Virus record (IMG/VR): IMGVR_UViG_3300014325_000011
Coordinates: 51,126-115,125 of that record
DNA length: 64,000 nt
Strand: one strand, 5' to 3'
Source: a virus
The notes below the pieces were generated by a model. That model was not told the origin of the DNA. It saw nothing but the letters and a program-made list of their open reading frames with translations, and made no database searches. Positions 19,566-28,752 of this stretch are shown here, one piece after another (position 1 is the stretch's first letter; each line of letters begins with the position of its first letter). The translations under genes and the position numbers were made by a program.

Positions 19566-19874
19566 TCAGCCCAACAGTTCGACGATGCAGTCGGTTTCGG
19601 GGTCGAGCAGCACGGAGAAGGTGCGGCCATCCGGCCAGCCGATCCCCGCCGACGTGTAACCCGAATGGGGAAACAGGAAGCCCACGTACTGGCCGGGCAG
19701 TGGATTGTCCGGGTCGAACGGAGGCGGCTCGACCGGCACGTCGGGCGCGGTCTCCGGTTCGGGCTCGACAGGTGCCGGGGTCTCCGGGGGAACGTCGACG
19801 ACCGGTGGTGTGACCTGCGCGGCCCGCGGCGGTGAGGGGCGCGGGCCGGAGGTGCGACGAGTCTGACCGGCCAT
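19566..19874 (-). CDS. Hypothetical Pro-rich protein
   Basis: 102-aa ORF tiled in the operon. Confidence 0.55.
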   Translation of the reverse strand: MAGQTRRTSGPRPSPPRAAQVTPPVVDVPPETPAPVEPEPETAPDVPVEPPPFDPDNPLPGQYVGFLFPHSGYTSAGIGWPDGRTFSVLLDPETDCIVELLG

Positions 19875-19875
19875 C

Positions 19876-20745
19876 TCAGGTCACGATGACCAGGGGGATC
19901 TTGCCGGACGCGGTCGAACTGGTGATCGTCGCCGGGGGAGTGCCGTTCAGAGACGACCCGGACGTCTGCGAGATCTGCTTGTTCCCGGTGATGACCGCCT
20001 TCGACGCGCCCGCACCCGCCCGCCCGAGTCCGACGAGTGACGGCATCGTCGTACCGTCAGTGATCGACAGGGCGGCGTAGTACACACCCGACGTCGTGAC
20101 CGTGTACGGGCTCGACATCGCATAGGTGTAGGCCGTCTCCGCCGCCCACACAACAGTGTTCGTCGCATCCGCCGAGTTGGCGAGCAGTGCCGGAGTCGAC
20201 GCCGTCGAGTAGAGCGCGGCGAACGAATGCGTCGGCCCAGCCGCCGCGGTCGCCCCGGTGACGAACGTCAGGTTCGTGACGACCGCACCCGCGGGAAGCC
20301 AGATCGCCGTCGACAGCATCGTGTTCGACGTGAACGCAGCCAGGTCGGTGCCTGCCAGATGCCGCGGCATGTTCTCGAAGTACACACCCGTCGGGCTGCC
20401 GTTCAGCGCATACGTCGCCTGGCCGGTGTAGGCCGACGACAGGCCACCCGAGGCGTTGAGCGGTGCGCTGACCGGCAGGAACACCTGTAGTGGCACGTTC
20501 GACTCGATGAGGGTCGACCCGTTGTAGATGTCGACCGCGGCGATACCGGAGGTGCAGAACTCGGCGAAACCGTTGCCGTCGGTCGTGAACGACCCTGAGC
20601 CGGACAGAGCCGACGTCAGTGTCGGATCGGTGTACAGCGTCGCCGCTGTACTCGTTCCGACGAGCTTCGCGGTCAGCGTCGTGGACCGGGTCGGGTTGAC
20701 CCCATCGGGCGCGACGATGCGGGCGAACTGGAAGGCGGTGGCCAT
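19876..20745 (-). CDS. Virion structural/decoration protein
   Basis: 289 aa, Thr/Ser/Ala-rich; ATLYTDPT...TTDGNGFAEF Ig-like N-terminus. Confidence 0.6.
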   Translation of the reverse strand: MATAFQFARIVAPDGVNPTRSTTLTAKLVGTSTAATLYTDPTLTSALSGSGSFTTDGNGFAEFCTSGIAAVDIYNGSTLIESNVPLQVFLPVSAPLNASGGLSSAYTGQATYALNGSPTGVYFENMPRHLAGTDLAAFTSNTMLSTAIWLPAGAVVTNLTFVTGATAAAGPTHSFAALYSTASTPALLANSADATNTVVWAAETAYTYAMSSPYTVTTSGVYYAALSITDGTTMPSLVGLGRAGAGASKAVITGNKQISQTSGSSLNGTPPATITSSTASGKIPLVIVT

Positions 20746-20751
20746 GTGCGG

Positions 20752-21006
20752 CTACTCCTCGGTACGGGGGTTGTCGGTGCCGCAGCGGGAACACCTGACA
20801 AACAGTGATCGGAAACCGCACCCGCACGGGTAGCCGGAGGTGCGAGGGGCGCCGCCGAGGTTGACCGGAAAGGCGCCCTGGTCGCGGAGCATGCGAAGGT
20901 GCCGCGGATTGTCGACGTCGAAGATCCGGCCGTTGTAGGCCGTCTTTCCGTGTTCGGTGCGCACGTCGAGGCCGACGCAGGCACCGTCAGGACTGGCCAT
21001 GCGCAT
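20752..21006 (-). CDS. Small head-module protein with C-terminal Zn finger
   Basis: CGCGFRSLFVRCSRCG. Confidence 0.65.
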   Translation of the reverse strand: MRMASPDGACVGLDVRTEHGKTAYNGRIFDVDNPRHLRMLRDQGAFPVNLGGAPRTSGYPCGCGFRSLFVRCSRCGTDNPRTEE

Positions 21007-21009
21007 TGG

Positions 21010-21282
21010 TCAGCCTCCGTTGGTCGCGTAGGCGTAGGACACGGCCGGGCTGGTGCCGGTCACGGTCAGCCGGACGCCGCCGAGAACCCAGCGGACCGTC
21101 GCCCCGGCGGGCAGTACGAATCCGGCGACACAGCCTGGGGCGGTCAGCGTGGCCGCGTTCGACGCGGAAGCGTTGGTGATCGTGACGGCGCCGAGTTCGC
21201 CGGGCGCCTGGCCGATGGCCTCCGCGGGAAGCAGCGCACCCGAACTGGTCACCTGCCCGGTGATGAACTTCGGCGCCGACAT
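21010..21282 (-). CDS. Small beta-rich virion protein
   Basis: 90 aa, tiled. Confidence 0.55.
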   Translation of the reverse strand: MSAPKFITGQVTSSGALLPAEAIGQAPGELGAVTITNASASNAATLTAPGCVAGFVLPAGATVRWVLGGVRLTVTGTSPAVSYAYATNGG

Positions 21283-21602
21283 CAGACAGTCACATCCGCG
21301 GCGGTCTGCACGATGCTCGTCAGCGCGGTCACCTGTGCGGCCACATCGGCGGTCAGCACCGGGTAGGAGCAGTGCGACACGTCAAGGTGGACGTTCACGC
21401 CGACCTGGGCTGCGGACAGACGCAGAATCGACGTGCACTTCGATGACGACAGGTAGGTGTTGATCTGGTTGAGCACGGCGGCGAAACCGGGGCCGTTGAG
21501 GTTGAAGTTGTCGCGGGCGACGAGGGTCAGGGTGACGACGCCGTTCGGGCCGCCGGTCGTTTCGATCTGGAACGGGCTGCCCGTGATCGCGTACATGCGC
21601 AT
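21282..21602 (-). CDS. Hypothetical protein
   Basis: 106 aa with a strong GAAAGGAGG RBS. Confidence 0.6.
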   Translation of the reverse strand: MRMYAITGSPFQIETTGGPNGVVTLTLVARDNFNLNGPGFAAVLNQINTYLSSSKCTSILRLSAAQVGVNVHLDVSHCSYPVLTADVAAQVTALTSIVQTAADVTV

Positions 21603-21629
21603 GGCGCCCCTCCTTTCTCTGGGGACGCC

Positions 21630-21665
21630 GACGGCCGCCCGCCGGAGTAGAGGCGAGCGGCCGTC
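21630..21665. terminator. Stem-loop after the major capsid gene
   Basis: GACGGCCGC...GCGGCCGTC inverted repeat. Confidence 0.5.
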
Positions 21666-21684
21666 GGGGATGAGAAGGGGAGGG

Positions 21685-23448
21685 TCAGCTCGTCGGCTGA
21701 ATGCCGACGATCATCGAGCTGCGGTCCGGGGCGTGCGCGGCCACCGTCGACGTCCAGTAGACCGAGGTGTCATACGACATCTGGGTCACCGGCCAATCTA
21801 TGCTCATGTAATCCTGCGGGCCGCGGACCTCCCAGCAGTTCGGCACGGTAATGCCCGGCTGGGTGATCGAGTCCTGCAAGATGACCGCGTTGCCCTGCGG
21901 CATCCACGGGTGGACCATGATGCCGACCGACTTGCCGGTCGTCTGGTTCACGATGCCGTTGACAACCGCGCCGAGCTTGACGCCCATCAGCTGGTCTTCG
22001 GAGATTTCCAGCCGGTAGTTCGACGCCGACTGGCCGCGCAGAGCGTTGGAGATCTGGTTGCGGTCCTGGCCCGCCATCCAGATTTCCTCCGGGTCGGCCT
22101 TGGTGTTCGTCCAGGTCTGCGCGAACGCGGCCTGGAATTCGGCACCCGGGCTGGCCGTGGAAAACGGGGCGTTGAGGCGGCCCACGTAGCCGGTGGTGCC
22201 GGCGACGCTGTGGATCCACGGGATGACACCGTCGTAGTTGTCCGCGCGGGCGGACACGCCGTCGACGGAGGCCAGGTTGACGGTGCCGCCGGCCTGGATC
22301 GGGAACGCGGCGACGGACGCCCCGGAGGTCGGCAGCGCACCCTGAAGCGTCAGCGTGAGCGTCGGAGTGCGACCAGCGGACTGGCCGTTCGGGAACGCCG
22401 CGCCGGTGTACAGCCAGCGCGAGGCGTCCCCTGGGTCGGAGGCGCCCGTGGAGACGAACACCTTGTAGCCGGTCGCGCCGGACACGAAGTTCGGGATGGT
22501 GATGTCGACGACCTGGCCCGAAGACACGGCAATACCGGCGGACGCGGACGAGGCGGCGGACACGCCGAAGTCGCCCGACTCGGCGACGATCTTGACGTAG
22601 ACGTTGGTGGTGAAGCCGGTCAGCGCGGTCTCGCCGGTCGCCGCGGTACGCGCCGCGCCGGTCGGGGTGCCCGACGGGGCGGACAGGGTGCCCGAGTAGC
22701 CACTGAGGGTGCCGCGGCCGTAGAGCAGAACCCGCTCCTCGGCGAGCATCGACGCGTACAGGGTCGCCTGCCGGGAAAGCTGCCGGGTGTCCTGGAAACC
22801 GACCGCGGAGAAGTAGGTCCAGAACGACTGCTCGTCGGAGGCACCCATCTGGACGTACGACAGGTTGGTGTCATCACCCGCGTAGGTGATCTTCGGCGGG
22901 CGGTTCAGGTAGTAGCCGTTCGCCGACCCCGGGTTCGCGAAGTTCGTCTGCGTCGGGTCGGTGAAACCCGGATTGAACGCACCCACACCGCCGGTACCGG
23001 AACCGGAAATACCGGTGATCCGCTTGTACCGGAACGACGTGCCCTGACCCTGTGTGCGGGGAAACTTGTTCCGCCACGGGGTGAGGATCGGGGCGAGCAG
23101 CATCGCCGGGGCGCGCAGGTCGAACGCGACCAGACCGCCGGCGACAGGACTCGTCGGGGTGATGTCCTTCGCGAGGAACTCGGTTCCGAGGGCCTGCGCG
23201 GCAGCGGCCTCGATCGCGGCCATCACGTCGGGCGTGACACCCATGTCGGAGTACGCCTTGGTCAGGACGTCCCTCGCCGAACCGCGGGTCGTCTTCGTCA
23301 GCGTCCGGGAGGTGATGTCGACCTCGACGTCACCGCGGACGGTGGATGGCGCCGCTTCGACGGCCATCCGATAGTCGGCGGCGGCCTTGACGAGGTCGGC
23401 GTCGGAGAGTTGCGCGCCGAACAGCTCGCGCAGCAGCTTCGCGCTCAT
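21685..23448 (-). CDS. Major capsid protein with a large inserted Ig-like domain
   Basis: GLVAFDLRAPAMLLAP..TPWRNKFPR..G.G...EERVLLYGRG...ADPEEIW...VHPWMPQG..., downstream of the protease/scaffold gene. Alternative start at 23469. Confidence 0.85.
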   Translation of the reverse strand: MSAKLLRELFGAQLSDADLVKAAADYRMAVEAAPSTVRGDVEVDITSRTLTKTTRGSARDVLTKAYSDMGVTPDVMAAIEAAAAQALGTEFLAKDITPTSPVAGGLVAFDLRAPAMLLAPILTPWRNKFPRTQGQGTSFRYKRITGISGSGTGGVGAFNPGFTDPTQTNFANPGSANGYYLNRPPKITYAGDDTNLSYVQMGASDEQSFWTYFSAVGFQDTRQLSRQATLYASMLAEERVLLYGRGTLSGYSGTLSAPSGTPTGAARTAATGETALTGFTTNVYVKIVAESGDFGVSAASSASAGIAVSSGQVVDITIPNFVSGATGYKVFVSTGASDPGDASRWLYTGAAFPNGQSAGRTPTLTLTLQGALPTSGASVAAFPIQAGGTVNLASVDGVSARADNYDGVIPWIHSVAGTTGYVGRLNAPFSTASPGAEFQAAFAQTWTNTKADPEEIWMAGQDRNQISNALRGQSASNYRLEISEDQLMGVKLGAVVNGIVNQTTGKSVGIMVHPWMPQGNAVILQDSITQPGITVPNCWEVRGPQDYMSIDWPVTQMSYDTSVYWTSTVAAHAPDRSSMIVGIQPTS

Positions 23449-23528
23449 GGGGTTGCCTCTTTCGGGCATGGAAAAGGCCCGCCACCGTGGGGTGACGGGC
23501 CCTGGGAGTTGTCTGGGGTGGGTGGGGA

Positions 23529-25286
23529 TCAGGCGGCGTCGAGCTGTTCGATCTGCCGGTTGATCTCCGCGCGCAGGTCGGGTGCCGCGCCGGGCAGCAT
23601 GGCCCGCAGCGCCGCCTTACGCATGTCCGCCTCGGCGTTCTTCGCCATCTGGGCGGGGGACACCGGAGGCTGAACTCGCGTCACCGCAGGTCCGCCCGGC
23701 CTCGGGGTGCTCTTGAGCAGCGTCTCCACCTCTGCCACCCGATCAACGATCGGGCCCATGGCCTTCGTGAGGACGTCGCCGAGTTGCACGGTGAGGTCGG
23801 CGGTCACCTTGTCGGCGACAGCCTTTGTCAGCGTCTCGGTGTCAGTGGTGCTGGCCGCCGCAGGGGCGGGGGTCTCAGAGGCGGCGGCCTTGAGCGCGGT
23901 GTTCTTGCGGGCCTTCTTCATCGCCTTCTCCAGCCGGCGGGAAAGCTCGTCCGACAGGCTGGGGGCGGCAGGCGCAGCCGGCTCGGTGGGCTCGGCAGCC
24001 TTCTCGACGTCCGGGGTTGCGGCGAGCTGCATCACGGTCGGAGCCGGGGTGGTGTCGCCGCCGGCAGCAGTGTTCTCCGCCATGGCGGCGGCCTCCAATT
24101 CGTAGGTCTCGCGCTCCACAAAGCACGTCAGGGTCGCCATGACGCTGACAAGCATGTCCATGTCGGCGACCTCACCGGCGCCGCCGCCGGAGAGGAAGCC
24201 CGCAGCCTCGGACTGCACGAGCGCAGCCAAGTCCGCGAGGACGCGCTTGGCGCGGGCGATGTCGTCCAGCTCGTCGTCGACCGACTTGACAATGTCCGGA
24301 TCGGTGGTCTTCTCGACAGGCTCGGGCTTGGCTGCTGGCTCGTCGGCAGGTGTCTGCTGCTTGGCGAGTTCGGCGAGAACCGCTTTCACGATCGCGTCGA
24401 CATCAGGCCCGGCGGCCTTGGACGCAGTGGCAGGCTTCGGCTTGTTCGACGGGTGGTCGGCGTCGTCCTCGTCTTCGGTGCCGTCCCCGTCGTCGTCCGC
24501 GTCGTCACGGTTGTGCTTGCCGTCGCCGTCAGGGTCCGAACCGCCCTTGCCGCCGTCTTCGGAGGTGAAGGGCTTGGCCTTCCGCTTCTCCAGCGTCTCC
24601 GGGTCGGCTGCGTCCGGGTCGTCCGGGTTCACGACGACCAAGGGGGCGGTGAGTTCGTCCACCAGGGCGGCGGTCATCGGACGCACCTGCCCGTCTGCGG
24701 TCTTGAGCAGCATCTGCGGGCGGGTGATGATGTCGCCTTCGGCCGTCTTCTCGATGGCGTCGGTGTCCTCTTCGAGGTGCTGGTCTTCGACGACTTCGAG
24801 CGTGCCAGCGGCCTTGTTCAGGGTCGCCATCCGAAGAACGGCAGTCGGGAGCGAGGGGCGGTCGACGGCACTTACCTCAGTGACGTCCCCACGGCACACC
24901 ATTCCGTTCGGGGCGTTGGTGGCCTTGGCCAGACCATAGTTCGCCACGCCGATTGAGAAGCCGGACAGAATGCCATGCTCAATCTTCTTTTCGGCGACCG
25001 GGTCAACGATCTTCGCGCGCATGTGCCACGAATGGTCGTCGGTCTCCCAGACCTCGACGGCCTTACCGATCGGCCGCTGGGCCGAGTGACCCTCACGGAC
25101 GTTCCCACCTGATGGCCCGTGCATGTACGCCGGAATCGCGGATTTGAGCCACGTCGGGTCCATCCGCTGGCCGTCCGAGTCGAGGTCTGGGCCGGTGAAC
25201 TTGCCCTCGACCCACAGAACGCCATCGGCGTCCCGCTCCTTGCGTAGGAACGGGGTGTAGATGTCCAGCCGCTCAGCGACAGGCAT
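23529..25286 (-). CDS. Prohead protease-scaffold fusion
   Basis: N-terminal DSDGQ..D...GNVREGH...GKA...GILSGFSIG...EVSAVDRP protease domain; acidic, Ala-rich scaffold-like C-terminus. Confidence 0.85.
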   Translation of the reverse strand: MPVAERLDIYTPFLRKERDADGVLWVEGKFTGPDLDSDGQRMDPTWLKSAIPAYMHGPSGGNVREGHSAQRPIGKAVEVWETDDHSWHMRAKIVDPVAEKKIEHGILSGFSIGVANYGLAKATNAPNGMVCRGDVTEVSAVDRPSLPTAVLRMATLNKAAGTLEVVEDQHLEEDTDAIEKTAEGDIITRPQMLLKTADGQVRPMTAALVDELTAPLVVVNPDDPDAADPETLEKRKAKPFTSEDGGKGGSDPDGDGKHNRDDADDDGDGTEDEDDADHPSNKPKPATASKAAGPDVDAIVKAVLAELAKQQTPADEPAAKPEPVEKTTDPDIVKSVDDELDDIARAKRVLADLAALVQSEAAGFLSGGGAGEVADMDMLVSVMATLTCFVERETYELEAAAMAENTAAGGDTTPAPTVMQLAATPDVEKAAEPTEPAAPAAPSLSDELSRRLEKAMKKARKNTALKAAASETPAPAAASTTDTETLTKAVADKVTADLTVQLGDVLTKAMGPIVDRVAEVETLLKSTPRPGGPAVTRVQPPVSPAQMAKNAEADMRKAALRAMLPGAAPDLRAEINRQIEQLDAA

Positions 25287-25342
25287 GGTGAGACCACCTC
25301 GCGAGGTGAGACCAGCCGCGCGAGGGCTGGGAGAATGAAGGA

Positions 25343-25645
25343 ATGAGCGACGAGACGCCGCGTGAGCCGCGGGTTGTGGTGGTCGAGGTCGACGAGAACG
25401 GCTACGGCCGCGTCGACCCGCCGGTCACGGTCAGCGCCGAAGACCCGGTCCAGTTCGCGGTGAGAATGCCCAGCGATCTGGCGTCACGGGTCGCACCCTG
25501 CTTGCTGCACGGCCTGTCGATCGGCACGCCCGCCACTGAGGGTGGACAGGATGCGGACCGGCTGATCCCCTACTGGGATCGGACCAACATGGCCATTGAT
25601 GCGCCTGTCATGCCGCGATCATCCGGCGAGGGTGAGCAGTCCTAG
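25343..25645 (+). CDS. Counter-oriented small hypothetical protein (moron-like)
   Basis: GAGAAT-6 nt-ATG leaderless-type promoter; 100 aa. Confidence 0.5.
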   Translation: MSDETPREPRVVVVEVDENGYGRVDPPVTVSAEDPVQFAVRMPSDLASRVAPCLLHGLSIGTPATEGGQDADRLIPYWDRTNMAIDAPVMPRSSGEGEQS

Positions 25646-25852
25646 CGCCGTCTCACACCGCAGAACGGTCCGGCCCAGCCCGGTCAGCCGCTGGTAGTCG
25701 ACCGGTTCGGCGTTGAGCACGTCCAGGGCGTGGTCGAGCAGTACATCGGCCAGCAGTGCGGCGTGGGGCGACGGGTCGCAGAGCAGGGCCAGGCGGATGG
25801 CGTGGACACGGGCGGCAAGGTCATCCGGATCAGCCCGCATCGCCATCCCCAT
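25619..25852 (-). CDS. Hypothetical protein
   Basis: Helical 77-aa ORF tiled in the operon. Confidence 0.45.
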   Translation of the reverse strand: MGMAMRADPDDLAARVHAIRLALLCDPSPHAALLADVLLDHALDVLNAEPVDYQRLTGLGRTVLRCETALGLLTLAG

Positions 25853-26228
25853 CGCTCGTGGTCTGGGTGTGCATGGCCTCGTGGAACTGGGCCAGCCGCA
25901 GGTAGACGTCTCGTTCCTGTTTCCACCCGTCGGAGAGGAACGCGCGGGCGGGCACCGACTCATCTCCGAGCCGCATGGCTGCCTCAAGACGGTGCTGTCC
26001 GTCGACCGAAAGGAGAGATCCGCTCTTGCGTACGCCGATCAGTACCGGGTGGGCTTCGCGGGCCTCCGGGTTGTTCATCAGCGCGAGAACCTTCTCTTCC
26101 GACCTCGGACGCTGATAGTGGACCCGGTCGACCTGGACAAGTTGGGGGTCGACGTCGATCGAGGTCAGTTCGTCGTCAAGGCCGAGGTCTTCGGCGGTGT
26201 AGGGCCGATGGGCGGGCTGGTCGGCCAC
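25830..26228 (-). CDS. ParB/Srx N-terminal-like protein with DGQHR motif
   Basis: YQRP...VLIGVRKSGSLLSVDGQHRLEAA; GTG start overlaps the upstream stop (TAGTG). Confidence 0.7.
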   Translation of the reverse strand: MADQPAHRPYTAEDLGLDDELTSIDVDPQLVQVDRVHYQRPRSEEKVLALMNNPEAREAHPVLIGVRKSGSLLSVDGQHRLEAAMRLGDESVPARAFLSDGWKQERDVYLRLAQFHEAMHTQTTSDGDGDAG

Positions 26229-26518
26229 TACAACCCCCCCGGGCCGTTGCGGCGGTCGAGGCGCAACAGCCGCTCCCGGAGATCGTCGCCTATGGCGTCT
26301 AGGCGTTCGGTTTCTGCCCGCACCAGGTCGTTGAGCTTCGTGTGCAGGATGTGGATCTGGTTCTCGTGGTAGTCGTGCCGGCGGTGCAGCCGTTCGAGAT
26401 GCACCCGCGTCCGCCAGACTGCGACCGCAGCGGCGGGGGTGGCCCAGAGCAGCGAGGCGATCAGGTTGGTCAGCACCGAGCCGTTCGGGAATCCCATGAG
26501 AAGCCACAGGGTGTGCAT
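26228..26518 (-). CDS. Small membrane protein (TM segment plus coiled coil)
   Basis: GSVLTNLIASLLWATPAAAVAVW hydrophobic stretch. Confidence 0.55.
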   Translation of the reverse strand: MHTLWLLMGFPNGSVLTNLIASLLWATPAAAVAVWRTRVHLERLHRRHDYHENQIHILHTKLNDLVRAETERLDAIGDDLRERLLRLDRRNGPGGL

Positions 26519-26520
26519 GG

Positions 26521-27345
26521 CTACCCCTTGCCCGCGGCCTTGTTGCCGTGTTTCCGGCGCTGTCCGGGATCGGGTGGGAGTTCGGTGATCTGTTCGGCGA
26601 GGTCGTCTTCGGACAGGTCGTCGGTCTCGGGAACTGTGCCGGGGGTTTGCCGTTCGGCTCGTTGCTGGGCTGCGAGTGCGGCCAGGGCGGCAGCGGTAGC
26701 GAGAGGGGAGGCCGACGGTGCGACCTCACGGGTAGAGCCTGCGGTCGGATGGGCAGGTACGTCAGGGATGGTGGGCAGCAGCGGGTTGGTGTCCGATGCG
26801 GCCGGCGCGTCGGTGGGGAGAATCAGCTCAGGCAGTACACAGCATCGGCAGCGACCGTGCTGTGGTGGGCCGTCGTCGCCTGTCGGGAACGGAGCGTCGA
26901 GGGGGATCGGCCCGGCCGCTTCGTTGTCGTTGCATGGGTCACAGACCATGTCGTCCGACGATGTGAGCCAGCTTTTGCCTTCGATGCCCGCATCGGCGTA
27001 GCTCGCGAGGCTGGCGGCGGTCATGGCCCGGTTCATCTCGGTTGTGGCGACCAGCTCCGCCCAGCGGGAGTCGTCCAACACGCCTTGCAGGACCTGCGCG
27101 AGCTGGTCTACCGAGTCGCCGCGGGCTACCGCATCGGCCACAGCGGAGGCGAGACGGTCCAACCGGTGGTCTTCGATGGAGGCGAGCAGCGAGCCGCGTT
27201 GTGCTGCCCGGTCGGACCAGCCGGGGTTGCGGCCGACGGCGGTGGCGATCAGCTCGTCCAACTTGGATGCTTGACGGGCAGCGGGGATGGAGCCCGGGGT
27301 CCACGCATCCCAGTTGATCGAGGCATCTACGACCGGTGTGGCCAC
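26521..27345 (-). CDS. MuF-like minor head protein (C-terminal part)
   Basis: ATTEMNRA...KSWLTSSDDMVCDPC...PPQHGRCRC Phage_Mu_F motif. Confidence 0.85.
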   Translation of the reverse strand: MATPVVDASINWDAWTPGSIPAARQASKLDELIATAVGRNPGWSDRAAQRGSLLASIEDHRLDRLASAVADAVARGDSVDQLAQVLQGVLDDSRWAELVATTEMNRAMTAASLASYADAGIEGKSWLTSSDDMVCDPCNDNEAAGPIPLDAPFPTGDDGPPQHGRCRCCVLPELILPTDAPAASDTNPLLPTIPDVPAHPTAGSTREVAPSASPLATAAALAALAAQQRAERQTPGTVPETDDLSEDDLAEQITELPPDPGQRRKHGNKAAGKG

Positions 27346-27400
27346 AGGTCACCCACCAAGGTCACATGATCGAGCCTGTTCCCGCAGGTAGAATGGTGAC

Positions 27401-28084
27401 GTGGCCGACGATCGGCGCAAGCGGCGCAACCTCGAACGCGCATTGCGAACGACCAGTGGCAGATGCTGGAGCTGCGGCGCCCGCCTATCCATCAACGGCC
27501 TCACGTCCGGCACGGTTGCCGCTGTCGCCGAACTCATCACACCACCGAGCGCAGGTGGCACCTACCAAGCCCTCAACATCCGGCCAAGTTGTGCGCCATG
27601 CAACCAAGCGCGCGCCACCCGCGTTGAAGCCGGGACCGCGACCGTCCACATGCCCACGTCGAACTCAAACCGAATTCTGGCGTGGATCTTGGAGCGCGAC
27701 GGGCCGGCCTGCTGCCACTGTGGAGTTCCGCTGTCGATCGAGGGTACTGCGCCGGGAACCGCCGCCGCCACCTTCGAACATGTACGCCCCGCCAGCAGAA
27801 AAGGTGCGCGCGTACTTCCCAATGGTCGTGCGGCCTGTCAGCCATGCAATAGCGCTCGCGGGTCGACAATCGGGATTCTCGACGGGGACCACAGGCATGT
27901 GTACACGTCCCACGAGGATGGCGCTGAATGTGTGTTCTGCGGTAGGCCGATGTCCAGCAGGTCGCAGTATCGACATCGACAGGAGGGTTGCCGATGCGAG
28001 GATCGCGCCCGGATGCTCGTGGAGGACCCGGAGGCCCTTTTGGCGCTGGCTTTCCCGCCGGACCGCTACCCCCTTCCGCGTTGA
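27401..28084 (+). CDS. HNH endonuclease with two tandem HNH domains, counter-oriented
   Basis: CWSCG...GGTYQALNIRPSCAPCN and CCHCG...TFEHVRP...NGRAACQPCN; TAGAAT-6 nt-GTG leaderless promoter at 27389. Confidence 0.8.
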   Translation: MADDRRKRRNLERALRTTSGRCWSCGARLSINGLTSGTVAAVAELITPPSAGGTYQALNIRPSCAPCNQARATRVEAGTATVHMPTSNSNRILAWILERDGPACCHCGVPLSIEGTAPGTAAATFEHVRPASRKGARVLPNGRAACQPCNSARGSTIGILDGDHRHVYTSHEDGAECVFCGRPMSSRSQYRHRQEGCRCEDRARMLVEDPEALLALAFPPDRYPLPR

Positions 28085-28160
28085 GGAAGGGGGTAGCCAG
28101 GTTGTGCGTGCTGGCGTCGTGGCCGCCTCAAGGTCGCGACGCCAGCACGGTCTCAGAGGG

Positions 28161-28502
28161 TCAGGTGCCGACCTTCTCAACGTGCTCGGACGGCGCATGG
28201 TTGTCATGCCAGTAGAACTCACCGCCCGGACCGACGGGTCGATGCTGACCGCAGGCCACGCAGTAGGTCGACCCGTAGAACACAGGATCGCGCGCATAAG
28301 TCTCGGCGATCGCGACACCCATTGTGGTTGTCGTCCCGCAGGTCTCATGCCAGTAGGTGCGCCGGACCGGTCGGACGAACCCTCGGGCGCGTTCTTCGTC
28401 GCTCAGCACAAGGTAGACGGGCGCCTGCGGCTCGGGCTCCGAGTCAGCCGGGTCGGCACCGTGGGTGAGCCGTGGATCGCTTGGGTCGGACGTTGTGGTC
28501 AT
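28161..28502 (-). CDS. Phage hypothetical protein, Zn-binding
   Basis: YLVLSDEERARGFVRPVRRTY.H..CG..T.MG..IAETYARDP.FYGSTYC..C. Confidence 0.7.
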   Translation of the reverse strand: MTTTSDPSDPRLTHGADPADSEPEPQAPVYLVLSDEERARGFVRPVRRTYWHETCGTTTTMGVAIAETYARDPVFYGSTYCVACGQHRPVGPGGEFYWHDNHAPSEHVEKVGT

Positions 28503-28512
28503 CAGGCCCTCC

Positions 28513-28752
28513 TCATCGACGGATGGGAACCAGCCAGTCGCCATCGCTGAGACTGACCGAACCGTCCGAACGCTGGTTGCAGGTCGCACAAGGCTGGCCC
28601 GCGCCACCACAGCCGCAGCAGCGATGGGACGGATCGGAACCGTCACGGACGACCGGCTGGCAGCAGTAGCCAGCCCACGGCTTGTCGGGATGTCTCTCGC
28701 AGACCCATTCGAGCCCGTCACAGGTGGGGCAGGGCCCTACGCGGGTATCCAT
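28513..28752 (-). CDS. Cys-rich small protein
   Basis: CPTCDGLEWVCERHPDKPW...CGGAGQPCATCN. Confidence 0.6.
   Translation of the reverse strand: MDTRVGPCPTCDGLEWVCERHPDKPWAGYCCQPVVRDGSDPSHRCCGCGGAGQPCATCNQRSDGSVSLSDGDWLVPIRR

Noticed and set aside
26228-26518. Holin / lysis cassette
   Set aside because: Single TM segment and no endolysin nearby; lysis genes probably lie beyond the left edge.
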